A stretch of DNA of 64,000 bases from Arenicellales bacterium (GTDB taxonomy: Bacteria; Pseudomonadota; Gammaproteobacteria; Arenicellales; CBDCFT01): positions 185,106-249,105 of the forward strand of contig CBDCFT010000015.1 of assembly GCA_965216365.1 (NCBI GenBank). The letters run 5' to 3'. A program made the position numbers and the translations under genes. The notes under the pieces are model-generated. The model ran no database searches. It was not told the DNA's origin and saw only the letters and a program-made list of their open reading frames with translations. Positions 31,452 through 40,297 of this stretch are shown piece by piece (the first letter of the stretch is position 1; every line of letters begins with the position of its first letter).

Positions 31452-32549
31452 TTATTCAGGACGAACATTGATCTTCACAACGTCTTGCATCACACCGTCG
31501 AGACCACCGAAGACTGTTAGACGGTCAACTTTTTCAGTCACCTTTTCCAGCACTTCCAGCTCTTTCAGGCGTAACAATGTCGGGTTGTCATCCATCAGGC
31601 GCGCGGTGTTTAACGCTGACCGTGTGGCCGCGGTTTCCTCGCGTCGTTTGATGACATTCGCCTGGGCGATTTTTTCAGCCTCAACCACCTGGTTGAGAAT
31701 GGCTTTCATTTCACCCGGCAAAATTACGTCCTTGATACCGACACCGTTAACGTCGACGCCGATCTCCACTACTTTGGCACGAACGTTCTCGTATACATTA
31801 CGATCCAGTTCATCCTTGTTGCCCAGCAATGCATCGAGAGTGCGCGCGGCGATGGCCTGACGCACCGCGAATTGCAACTCGCGGTACATGTAGTCCATAA
31901 AACTCGCGACCTGGGTTCGTGCTTTGATGACATCGACCACTTTGTACGACGCTGCCATGTTGACACGCAGACTGACCTTGTCCTTGGTCAGCATTTCCTG
32001 ACCCGAAACTTCCAGGGTTTGTAAACGTGTGTCGATTTGTTCCACCACAATACGTCGGTTGAACTTCCAGAACACATACAAACCCGGTTGCAGTGTTTTG
32101 ATCAATTCGCCGTCCACTAACAGCAAGCCGGTGAACTGATCTGCCACTTCCGCGACATAGGTAAATTCTTTAACTCGTGCTGATAACGCACCGGGTCGTT
32201 GGCGTGCTAACAGTGCAGCAATTTCGCGTGGTACAACGAAATCCTCTGCGATATCGAGTACGTCAACGCGCACGTCAACCGGACCTTTCCAGTACAGTTG
32301 GCGAGTCGCGGGCGGTAATACATCGGTCAATTTGTTGTCCTTGAACACCAGACCCACTTCACGGTCACCGAGCTCAATCACATCAAAGTGTTGCTGCGCT
32401 AGTTGCGGTACTTCTTTGACCAAGAAATCCGCTAACCGGTGTTCAAATTCCGGTACCAGCAAGTCGTACACTTCAATTTGTGTGCGGTTTCCGAAAACCC
32501 AGTAAACACCCGGGCCAACGATATCCTGCACACTTCGATTTTTAATCAA
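31452..32549 (-). CDS. SPFH/band-7 (slipin/flotillin-like) domain protein
   Basis: 365 aa; the C-terminal half ...KDVILPGEMKAILNQVVEAEKIAQANVIKRREETAATR... is a typical SPFH domain. Confidence 0.8.
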   Translation of the reverse strand: MIKNRSVQDIVGPGVYWVFGNRTQIEVYDLLVPEFEHRLADFLVKEVPQLAQQHFDVIELGDREVGLVFKDNKLTDVLPPATRQLYWKGPVDVRVDVLDIAEDFVVPREIAALLARQRPGALSARVKEFTYVAEVADQFTGLLLVDGELIKTLQPGLYVFWKFNRRIVVEQIDTRLQTLEVSGQEMLTKDKVSLRVNMAASYKVVDVIKARTQVASFMDYMYRELQFAVRQAIAARTLDALLGNKDELDRNVYENVRAKVVEIGVDVNGVGIKDVILPGEMKAILNQVVEAEKIAQANVIKRREETAATRSALNTARLMDDNPTLLRLKELEVLEKVTEKVDRLTVFGGLDGVMQDVVKINVRPE

Positions 32550-32682
32550 CAGGCCACGCTCGTTTTACGCAACCACAATTCGTTTGATTCCAAACATTTT
32601 CTTTTCCTGTTTTGGTTGCTAGTTAATATTTTTACGCGGCGATTTCTGACTCGGTGCCCGCAGGCTGCCACTACCGATGTAC

Positions 32683-32955
32683 TTAACTCTTCATTTCTCT
32701 TTCCTCGCGATTACATTTACTAAATTTGCCAAAATTCATTTCAAAGCTCGTCCCACGGTTGCACAGCGGAACACCATGGTCATCAGGGTTGTCAGGCATG
32801 TTGTCTTTTCGTTGTCTTACTTCCCTGTAACGCTTGGCGAATCGAATTCGCTGACAACAATCGGCATTCATGTCTGGCATCGCCTGGCGAGTGCATAGCG
32901 CCCGGGCTACACAACCGTTGTGATTGTCACAATCCCTTGTACGCATCAAGTCCAT
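32683..32955 (-). CDS. Possible 90-aa cysteine-rich hypothetical protein
   Basis: The ORF has a GGTGA SD and 7 Cys. It lies just 3' of the tRNA-like fragments. Weak evidence. Confidence 0.2.
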   Translation of the reverse strand: MDLMRTRDCDNHNGCVARALCTRQAMPDMNADCCQRIRFAKRYREVRQRKDNMPDNPDDHGVPLCNRGTSFEMNFGKFSKCNREEREMKS

Positions 32956-32984
32956 TTGCCAATCACCGGGACTCGCTTACTTTT

Positions 32985-33040
32985 CTTCAATGTGGAGTCG
33001 AACCACAGGCTTGCGCCTTTACCATTGGCGTTTACGGCCA
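32985..33040 (-). other. tRNA 3'-fragment-like sequence (T-arm GTGG-TTCGACT-CCAC plus following bases)
   Basis: GGTTCGACTCC, the reverse complement of the T-loop consensus, is on the minus strand. No matching D-arm, anticodon arm or 5' acceptor strand was found. Confidence 0.3.
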
Positions 33041-33113
33041 AGTTGAGAGCAGGACTCGAACCTGCTACACACCGATTAAACGTCGGTTGCTCTACCCAAT
33101 GAGCTATCTCAGT
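33041..33113 (-). tRNA. tRNA-Lys(UUU)-like sequence, probably a pseudo-tRNA
   Basis: The minus strand reads ACTGAGA-TA-GCTC-ATTGGGTA-GAGC-A-ACCGA-CGTTTAA-TCGGT-GTGTA-GCAGG-TTCGAGT-CCTGC-TCTCAAC-T. The D, anticodon (UUU) and T arms are canonical. Position 33 is G instead of U, the outer two acceptor pairs are mismatched, and there is no CCA. Confidence 0.45.
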
Positions 33114-33255
33114 GGCGTTTGAAACACCGTCATCTGCTCGGTACACGCCGTGCAATTACCCGCTTTAGCGCGTCAGACCGGCATACAGAGCCGGAACCGC
33201 TGAACAGTCACGTTATTTGCAAACACTGTCGTTTGCCCGCTAAAACGCGGGCATA

Positions 33256-33292
33256 AAAAAACCCTGGTGACAGCCGTCTACCAGGGTTTTCA
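33256..33292 (-). terminator. Bidirectional intrinsic terminator (ccctggtgacagccgtctaccaggg flanked by A6/T4; a strong T7 run on the minus strand)
   Basis: A perfect 7-bp stem. Read on the minus strand, a TTTTTTT run follows the hairpin, which would terminate the Rieske oxygenase transcript. Confidence 0.6.
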
Positions 33293-33600
33293 CACTGGAA
33301 GGCGACTCAATACACCTTCCAGAAATATTTTTCGGAAGGTTATGTCATGCCGTCGAACAAGGATTCAATGCGATAAAGCGCATTGCCCATCACTTTGGCT
33401 ATGCTGGCGCTTATGACCGCATTGGGTACTTGTGCTGTTTTGAGGACGCACGCGTCCACCCGCGTCAGTCTGTGGCCGGCGCGATAAACGGACATCAAAT
33501 TTTGTTTTGTTAACCTCATGGGGCGCGGCATTGTAGTGATATAAAAAACGATGTCAACTGCTTTTTTAGCGTTTCTAATGATGGTCGAAAATAAAAAATA

Positions 33601-34800
33601 CTATTGTGCGAGTAATTTTTCAGCGTACCAACACGCAAAGTTAGCCACACTGGGTTCCAGATAACAAAACCGTCCTTGCTGTGCGAGCGGCGAATTCAAC
33701 CCGGTTTGTTGATTTATTAACGCGGGAATATCTTCCTGTAACGACTCGTCTAAGCGCGTGTAGTAATTTTGTACGCGTTGTTCGAAATCCTTTTGCTCGA
33801 TGGTTTCCGTGGGAAAACAGACAGACATGCCTGCTCGTGTTAGATCTGGGGCGAGCGGATACACATCATACGCCCAGATACAATCATTGCTGGCGGCGAA
33901 TGTGACATTGGGGAATAACCAGGTGTAACGAATACCGTTACGTTCACGTCCCCGCAGTCGTTGCATTGTGGGTAACGCCTGATCTTGCGCATTTTCCAGT
34001 ACGCCCGCTGATCCCTGGGTCGTACCAAACTGGGTTGTGTACTGACCGGTGACTTCGTCAGTGTCCTGTGGTGTGTCGTAATAGTGATCGAGTGTTTTCG
34101 GATGCACGTAGGGTAAATGATAATACTCGTTAAACACTTCGATAAATGTTTTCCAGTTACAGGCGATTTCGATCTCCAGCCGACGTGTCGTGTGCAGATC
34201 GTGTAACCCCCAGGGTGCGTGTAAATTTTCAAAATCCCCAAGCCATTGATCGAGTGCAGGTGCAGATTCGTCAAAACAAACGAACGCAAAGCCGCATTTC
34301 GTTGCAACTCGAACTGGAATCAATCCGTACTCCGAGTTGTCAAAATCCGGTGTCTTGTCCATGCTTGGGCCGAGTAACAACCGACCATCCAACGCATAAG
34401 TCCACCGATGAAACGGACAACGCACGGCATCGCAGTTACCCTCGCCTTGCAAAAGCTTCGCACCACGATGGCGACAAGTATTGGCAAATGCGCGCAACTC
34501 TCCTTCGCGGTCACGCACAACAATGATTGGGACACCCGCTATATCAATAGCACTGTAATTACCGTTTTCTTTCCAACGATCAATCCGGCCGACCCCCACC
34601 CATGCACGGCCAAACAATTCCTGTTGTTCCCACTTGAAAATATCATCTCTGGTATAGCATTGGGGCGGTAGTGTCGACGCGGTTTCGATAGGCTTTTTGA
34701 CTGCAGACAATTGTTGTCTAAAGTTAGCGTCAAGCAATATATTATTTAAAACTGGATTTGCCGTCATTGGATAGTGTAAAGATTTCAGATTCGTGTACAT
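33601..34800 (-). CDS. Rieske [2Fe-2S] non-haem iron oxygenase alpha subunit (GbcA/CntA-like)
   Basis: Rieske motif CRHRG...CPFHRW and a mononuclear-iron catalytic domain, about 400 aa. Confidence 0.85.
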   Translation of the reverse strand: MYTNLKSLHYPMTANPVLNNILLDANFRQQLSAVKKPIETASTLPPQCYTRDDIFKWEQQELFGRAWVGVGRIDRWKENGNYSAIDIAGVPIIVVRDREGELRAFANTCRHRGAKLLQGEGNCDAVRCPFHRWTYALDGRLLLGPSMDKTPDFDNSEYGLIPVRVATKCGFAFVCFDESAPALDQWLGDFENLHAPWGLHDLHTTRRLEIEIACNWKTFIEVFNEYYHLPYVHPKTLDHYYDTPQDTDEVTGQYTTQFGTTQGSAGVLENAQDQALPTMQRLRGRERNGIRYTWLFPNVTFAASNDCIWAYDVYPLAPDLTRAGMSVCFPTETIEQKDFEQRVQNYYTRLDESLQEDIPALINQQTGLNSPLAQQGRFCYLEPSVANFACWYAEKLLAQ

Positions 34801-34855
34801 TTTATACCTGAATTCTCACTGAGACCTATAAATTGTAGCGGGAAGTAAACGCAAA

Positions 34856-35272
34856 ATGACGACAACCCATGAAGGTGGCTGCCAATGTGGCGCCGCGCGT
34901 TTTCGTACAACCGATCAGCCACAACGCGTGATCGCGTGTCATTGTACGACGTGTAAGCAACGCACCGGCGCAGCTTACGGTATTGGACTGTATTTCAACG
35001 AATCGGACATCGAATTTTTACAAGGCAAGATGCGGACATTCGAGTTTTATTCCGACGAGAGCAACCGTTGGTTGCGCAACGAGTTTTGTGAACGATGCGG
35101 GACAGCCGTGACCTGGACGCTGGAGTTACGGCCCGGCTTGCGCGCAATCGCTGGTGGCGCCTATGACGATCCGGATTGGTTTGATATTACCGCGCATATC
35201 TGGACACGTTCCGCGCGCAGCGACATGTGTTACCCCGATCACGTTAAGCTATACGAAAAAGCGATGACGTAA
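34856..35272 (+). CDS. GFA-family protein (glutathione-dependent formaldehyde-activating enzyme-like, CENP-V fold)
   Basis: GGCQCGAARF...CHCTTCKQ zinc-cysteine motifs; 138 aa. Confidence 0.85.
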   Translation: MTTTHEGGCQCGAARFRTTDQPQRVIACHCTTCKQRTGAAYGIGLYFNESDIEFLQGKMRTFEFYSDESNRWLRNEFCERCGTAVTWTLELRPGLRAIAGGAYDDPDWFDITAHIWTRSARSDMCYPDHVKLYEKAMT

Positions 35273-35333
35273 ACTTGGATTTGTAATCAATTTACCGCAG
35301 GTCAACGCCTGAGGTTTTAAGTTCGGCCAGTAG
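35261..35333. repeat. Direct repeat DR1 (last 23 nt of the GFA CDS plus ~50 nt downstream), ~85% identical to 39908–39990
   Basis: tacgaaaaagcgatgacgtaaac...ggatttgtaatcaattt.ccg...cctgaggtt.taagttcggc is shared by both copies. Confidence 0.6.
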
Positions 35334-35399
35334 GGGACAGTTTGTCAACAACAAAAATCAGCCGGTTCACCGGCACATAGCGGACTGTGGTCTACCAGA

Positions 35400-36233
35400 T
35401 CAAGTCCGTTTCCTACAAATAACTTCGATTGGGGCAATATAATCTCTTGAGATATTATCAATCATATTCCCAATTTTTTTCGTAGTGGCTTCCTGCATCA
35501 AAGTGTGAAGGCCAAGAGGCGGTGGGCCTCCGCTCGCTTTTGTTTTTGCCTGCAGTCGCTTAAAGAAGTCGAGTGCGAAGTCACGACGATTGTTTACTTT
35601 GAGGACTTCAAAGCCTGCATCCTTTAGGGCTTCCATGTATTGTTCAGGTGTCGATAATTTACTGATACTACTGTCTGTTGCCCATGGAACCGGGTAAGTC
35701 AACTCACCTTCCTTGTTGCGCATGACGTCATAAACACCAAATGAAGCTTCTGGCCGTAGCGCTCGATGTATCTCAGAAAACAGTTCAGCTTTGTTTTCAA
35801 TATTCATCCCCACATGCATCATGTAAGCACCATCGAAAGTTTCATCCTGAAAAGGCAGCGACAGCGCACTGCCTTGTTGAAGCGTAACTCTCTCCTCCAA
35901 TCCCACCCAGGCACACAATGCATTTCCCGTTTCGATATACTCGTGCGTTAAATCAATGCCGGTAACCCGATTGTTGTACTTGTCAGCGACAAAGCGTGAA
36001 GCGCCTCCCAATCCACAACCCACATCAAGCACATGTTCTTTTGTAGAAAAGTCGAGTTGTGCGAGAAAACTTTCAGTCGCTTGTCGCCCGCCAATGTGGA
36101 ACTCATCGACGGCAGCAAGGTCTTCAATAGTTACGCTATCAACCGTCTTGCCCAACTGAGCAATTGCAGCTTGAATCGCTTGAAGTAAACTTCCATGGGC
36201 GTAATGTTCTGAAATATCGCTCTCATTTGGCAT
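35400..36233 (-). CDS. Class I SAM-dependent methyltransferase
   Basis: VLDVGCGLGG motif I. The likely start is ATG at 36233 with a GGGAG SD; the ORF track's TTG start at 36257 is an upstream extension. Confidence 0.8.
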   Translation of the reverse strand: MPNESDISEHYAHGSLLQAIQAAIAQLGKTVDSVTIEDLAAVDEFHIGGRQATESFLAQLDFSTKEHVLDVGCGLGGASRFVADKYNNRVTGIDLTHEYIETGNALCAWVGLEERVTLQQGSALSLPFQDETFDGAYMMHVGMNIENKAELFSEIHRALRPEASFGVYDVMRNKEGELTYPVPWATDSSISKLSTPEQYMEALKDAGFEVLKVNNRRDFALDFFKRLQAKTKASGGPPPLGLHTLMQEATTKKIGNMIDNISRDYIAPIEVICRKRT

Positions 36234-36385
36234 GACTTGAACTCCCAATAGGATCAATCAGGGATTGTTCTTGCTCAACTCGACAACGTTTGCTCGATGG
36301 AAAACCACGGAAGATTGTGCTGTCTATGCTCTACGCCATTACGATTACATTTTTTGAATACGATGGCTAGAAAAATCCTACAAAC

Positions 36386-36874
36386 TTAGACCTCTCGATT
36401 TGTCTCTATGTCCCAGCCGCGACTGACAGGAGGTGTTGGGGTACCCGCCTGGTCTATTGGTCTATACTCAACTGTTACCTTTCGATAACGAAATGTGACT
36501 GCTTCGGACGGTCGCTCCTGTGAAGAGTCCGTGCCGTCATCATTAACGGAGCTGACCATACAGTCATTGAGCACATACTTAACGAAGGTGTGTCTTTCCC
36601 CGCCGGTGCGGACGCCTTCGAGTTCAACAGTCGGAATTCGCTTACCGTTGGCACAGTGAATCATCAAATCAGGAGTTGCTCTATCGACGCTTTTTAATAT
36701 TCCCAGGTCAATAAAGTTTACTTTTCCAGAAGTTCGATCTCTCGGAGCGCTTGAGTCTAGGGCTGGAGTTTCAACACCCCAGCTGTAACTGTGTACATCG
36801 ATCCACTTGTTGTGATCAGCGTCCGTGCTTTCACCTTCAATGCCGTCTATACGAAGAAAATAGTCTACCGCCAC
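36386..36874 (-). CDS. hcp: Type VI secretion system tube protein Hcp (orphan)
   Basis: 162 aa with MAVDYFLRIDGIEGESTD...SYSWGV...VEYRP, hallmark Hcp1-family motifs, and an AAGGAGG SD. No other T6SS genes are in the window. Confidence 0.85.
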   Translation of the reverse strand: MAVDYFLRIDGIEGESTDADHNKWIDVHSYSWGVETPALDSSAPRDRTSGKVNFIDLGILKSVDRATPDLMIHCANGKRIPTVELEGVRTGGERHTFVKYVLNDCMVSSVNDDGTDSSQERPSEAVTFRYRKVTVEYRPIDQAGTPTPPVSRGWDIETNREV

Positions 36875-37304
36875 GTTTTGCCTCCTTGTTTATAAACGAT
36901 CCACAACGATACGGCATTGATAACACATTACAGTAACTTGTCGCCTCACCCGAATGGGTGATATTTAGACTACTAATGCGAACTATGGGTGTCGAAAATC
37001 ACAGCTTGATTCGTTGTTCATGTATCCACACGTTAAGATAATACTTATCTACGACCAACAAGAGACTATGGAGGTAGATTGAAATTACGTTCGTTTGTTT
37101 GGCTATAGCGGTCGAAGCTGTTTGAATATTCCATGAAGCAACAAATACAGCAATTGCTGGATAATCTCATATAGAGTGGGAAATTAATCAACAAATCAGT
37201 AGCGACCACGTAATTCGACGCGACAATACCCCCCTTTCCTCGACCGAATCGAATCCTGTCTAACGAATGCCCTGTTTGTTATTTTCTTTCAGTCGTGTCT
37301 ATTG

Positions 37305-37499
37305 TTAATAAACTGCGAAATAAATCGCCGCGAGAAGCAATACGACCACTACCGCGTGCAACCCAATACGCGTGAACATCATTTCATGACTATGCTGTTG
37401 ATCGAATTGCCCGCCTCGCGCCATGGATACTATACCCATGAGTAGAACTGCGACGGTAGCAACGAGCGCAATGACTAAAATCACGGTTAGCACGTTCAT
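37305..37499 (-). CDS. Small two-TM membrane protein (64 aa)
   Basis: A GAGGTGA SD and two hydrophobic helices flanking ARGGQFDQQH. Confidence 0.5.
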   Translation of the reverse strand: MNVLTVILVIALVATVAVLLMGIVSMARGGQFDQQHSHEMMFTRIGLHAVVVVLLLAAIYFAVY

Positions 37500-37755
37500 T
37501 CTTCATCACCTCACGTTTAGGAATTATGTGCAACTGACAAAGCTAACACATCAAATACGATTCACACTGATCTGAATCAATAATTCGGCAACCAATGTTT
37601 GTTAGATTACGAATGCGTGATAGAAACGATATTGTGCGAATGCACAATATCGTTTTCACAATACGTATTGTTTTGCCGCTAAGTAGATTTAGAGGAAGGC
37701 ATGCGTTGGTAGCGTAACCATATCAACGCCACGTCTCCCGAGGAGGTAGTTACTT

Positions 37756-38184
37756 ATGAAAACCGTCAAACAGCTTCTCGATGAAAAAGGACACGATGTC
37801 GCATCGATTCATCCCGATGACTCTGTTCTTGATGCCATTCAAAAGATGGCGGATATGGAAATAGGGGCATTGCTGGTGATGGATAATGACAAACCCGTCG
37901 GGATCGTTACCGAGCGACTTTATGCGCGTGGCGTCATTCTCAAAGGAAAGTCATCCCCCAAAACCAAGGTAAGGGAGATCATGACACGTTCGGTCATCTG
38001 TGCCCGACCCGAACAAACGGTCGAAGAATGCATGGCCGTGATGACAGAAAAGCGTGTGCGCCATCTTCCGGTGATTGACGAGAAGAAAATCGTGGGTATT
38101 GTCTCGATTGGCGATCTGGTCAAAAGCATTATCGAGGATCAGAAATTCGTCATCGAACAATTCGAACATTATGTTCATGGGTGA
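37756..38184 (+). CDS. CBS-domain pair protein
   Basis: 142 aa with two CBS motifs (GALLVMDNDKPVGIVTERL; HLPVIDEKKIVGIVSIGDLV) and a GGAGG SD. Confidence 0.85.
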   Translation: MKTVKQLLDEKGHDVASIHPDDSVLDAIQKMADMEIGALLVMDNDKPVGIVTERLYARGVILKGKSSPKTKVREIMTRSVICARPEQTVEECMAVMTEKRVRHLPVIDEKKIVGIVSIGDLVKSIIEDQKFVIEQFEHYVHG

Positions 38185-38311
38185 CGAGTTTCCAATATCT
38201 CGGAGATGACGACACAGGATAAAGAGGCGCATTCCAGACTATTCAACTGCGTCTATGGGTTTCGTAGTATCGTCCACTACTGTTCAATCGCAGTTGTTTG
38301 CGATGCACTAA

Positions 38312-38393
38312 CGGCCAACTACGGACTCTTTGCTATGTCACTAAAAAGGTCTGTTAGACACTTGAGACCAGGCTCTATTGACCGCGCTTTGCC
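38312..38393. repeat. Copy R1 of a small (~80–100 bp) intergenic repeat family
   Basis: cggccaactacggactctttgctatgtcac...ggtctgttagacacttgagacc...attgaccgcgctttgcc aligns with 45105–45187, 40009–40071 and 43789–43840. Confidence 0.6.
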
Positions 38394-38924
38394 TGATAGT
38401 GTCATACGGATATTAGTGCCCATGTATTCAATCCGTTGTTGTTAGTTAGAAGTGTTTCTGGATTATGTTTGACTATTGCCAATTGTTTTGCCTCCCGGTA
38501 TAGATGGAAATATTACAGCTTGCTTTGGAAGCTCTTTCTTCAAACGCTAATACTTACGCGAGCATCATTGTTGAACGAAATGTATATCCTTGTGATCGAT
38601 TGATAAAGTACCGATCAATGGGTCCTGATTTGCCCTGATCTAGTATTTATGCCATTTTGTTTGACTTGCGCGCTACGGCCAGACTCGGTTGTAGAGCCAC
38701 CAATTTGAAAAGGCGACTGTCAGGAGCAGTCTAGTTCACAAACTTTTAACTGAATATCGAGAGGTTTGCTATCGGTGGCATCGGTGTTTCGGTAAATAGG
38801 TTCTGCTCCAACAAAGGTACGTAAACACTCATAGGGCGCGATGCTGGATGCGAAATTATCGTGCGCTAAGCCTCGGTTAAGTCCGATTTGGCCCGTGAGA
38901 GCGAACTATGCTGCCAAAGAACAA

Positions 38925-39739
38925 TCAATCCGATCCTTCAGACGTGATCACGAGCCACTTCGGTCGCTCTAGAGTCAGCAGAAAGACTCCGGCCAAGACA
39001 AACGTGCCACCCGTTATGCGGTTAAATATCTGCAGGCTGCCAATAGATTTCGTATAGCTGGCGACCTTTGTTGCGAAACCTGCAAGAAGCATTTCCAGCA
39101 CAACCTCTACGGCCACGAATGTTCCCGCCAAAACTATAAACTGCGACCAAAATGTAGCTTCGATGACGTAGAACTGCGGCAAGAACGTGGTAAAGAAAAT
39201 CAGTACCTTTGGATTCATTGCGACGATCATGAATCCCTGAACAAAAAGATTTAGATTAGAGCGACCTTTGATCTCGTCGCGGTGACTCTTCTCGTCTATG
39301 CGGTCGAAGACAGAGCAGCACGGGTTTACCCGTGGGTGAATGAGCTACGTTGTTGCTCATCGTGGCCCGTAGTTGAAGTGATGAGCAGCAACGGCAGCCC
39401 GAAGGGCTGTGACAGTAAGCACCCCGGCTTTAGCCGGGGGAATCTATGGTCGATGCTTTCGACCGAAAGAGGGAAATGCCCAGGTAAATCAAGTACCCAG
39501 CCGTTAGCCACTTAATCATCATAAATGCGACTACGGAAGCGGATAAGACTAGCCCCAGTCCCGACAACGAGAGTCCGATAAGCACAGTCAGACCGCTGGC
39601 GCATCCCAATGTTAGGGAATAACGTTTTTCTTACACCGTACCGTAGACCGTTTGTCATCGACAAGAGGCTGTTCGGTCCTGGCGTTAGGCATCGCAAAAC
39701 CACCGCCGATGCATATATGCCCCAAAATTTCGCGCTCAT
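38925..39739 (-). pseudogene. LysE/RhtB-family amino-acid exporter gene, disrupted by frameshifts and a ~170-nt hairpin-rich insertion
   Basis: The N-terminus MSAKFWGIYASAVVLRCLTPGPNSLLSMTNGLRYG (39739 downward) and the C-terminus ...NPKVLIFFTTFLPQF... (down to 38925) match RhtB. The middle (39231–39520) shifts frame twice and is about 170 nt longer than expected. Confidence 0.6.
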
Positions 39740-39907
39740 CTGCTATCTCTTTAATACTGTTGAAAAACTCGTTGTCTTGAAAAGTTATTCTCAAAACCGA
39801 AAAGATTTGGCGTGTTCGGCGACCTGAAATCGTTTTTCTCGCGTCGAATTCCAAAGCACGACATTCTGCGCTCCGTCATATTCGTGAAAATGTGAGAGAT
39901 TAAACAA

Positions 39908-39990
39908 TACGAAAAAGCGATGACGTAAACATAAACTAGGATTTACAATCAATTTGCCGGCAGATCGAAGCCTGAGGTTATAAGTTCGGC
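39908..39990. repeat. Direct repeat DR2 (a copy of the GFA 3' end region)
   Basis: See DR1. It includes a duplicated ...tacgaaaaagcgatgacgtaaac, which is the GFA C-terminal codons plus stop. Confidence 0.6.
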
Positions 39991-40008
39991 TATTTTCGGG
40001 TCCTTTGC

Positions 40009-40071
40009 AACGTGATGAAATTTAGTCTGTTAGACACTTAAACGCAGGTTTTTTTGACCGCACTTTGCTCA
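40009..40071. repeat. Copy R2 (partial) of the small repeat family, abutting DR2
   Basis: gggtcctttgcaacgtgatgaaatttagtctgttagacacttaaacgcagg...gaccgcactttgc. Confidence 0.5.
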
Positions 40072-40297
40072 GAGCGAGCATTCACAGAGCTAATCCCTTG
40101 TCATGTCTGATGGTATAGCGAACTTGATATGATTACGTGAATTGAGATGACAAACTAAGGCTACAGAAACTAGTTGAGTAGTTAGCTAATTGCTCTCGAA
40201 CATCAAAAATATTGAGATCGCTCAGTTCAATACTCCTGTACAATAGTCTTCCATATATATTTTCTGTACTGATCTGCGGAGGATCATAGTAAATTAC

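Noticed and set aside
32985-33123. tmRNA or tRNA-Sec interpretation of the tRNA-like region
   Set aside because: There is no tmRNA 5' acceptor or tag-reading-frame region. The long-variable-arm parse gives no complementary acceptor strands.
33340-33531. 63-aa minus-strand ORF between the Rieske oxygenase and the terminator
   Set aside because: There is no SD at either candidate start and no recognisable fold. It is probably leader or spacer sequence.
39231-39520. Possible hammerhead ribozyme (GTGATGAG…GAA) in the lysE insert
   Set aside because: The core has G instead of the conserved C3, and no proper stem II forms directly after the GA. It was not pursued.
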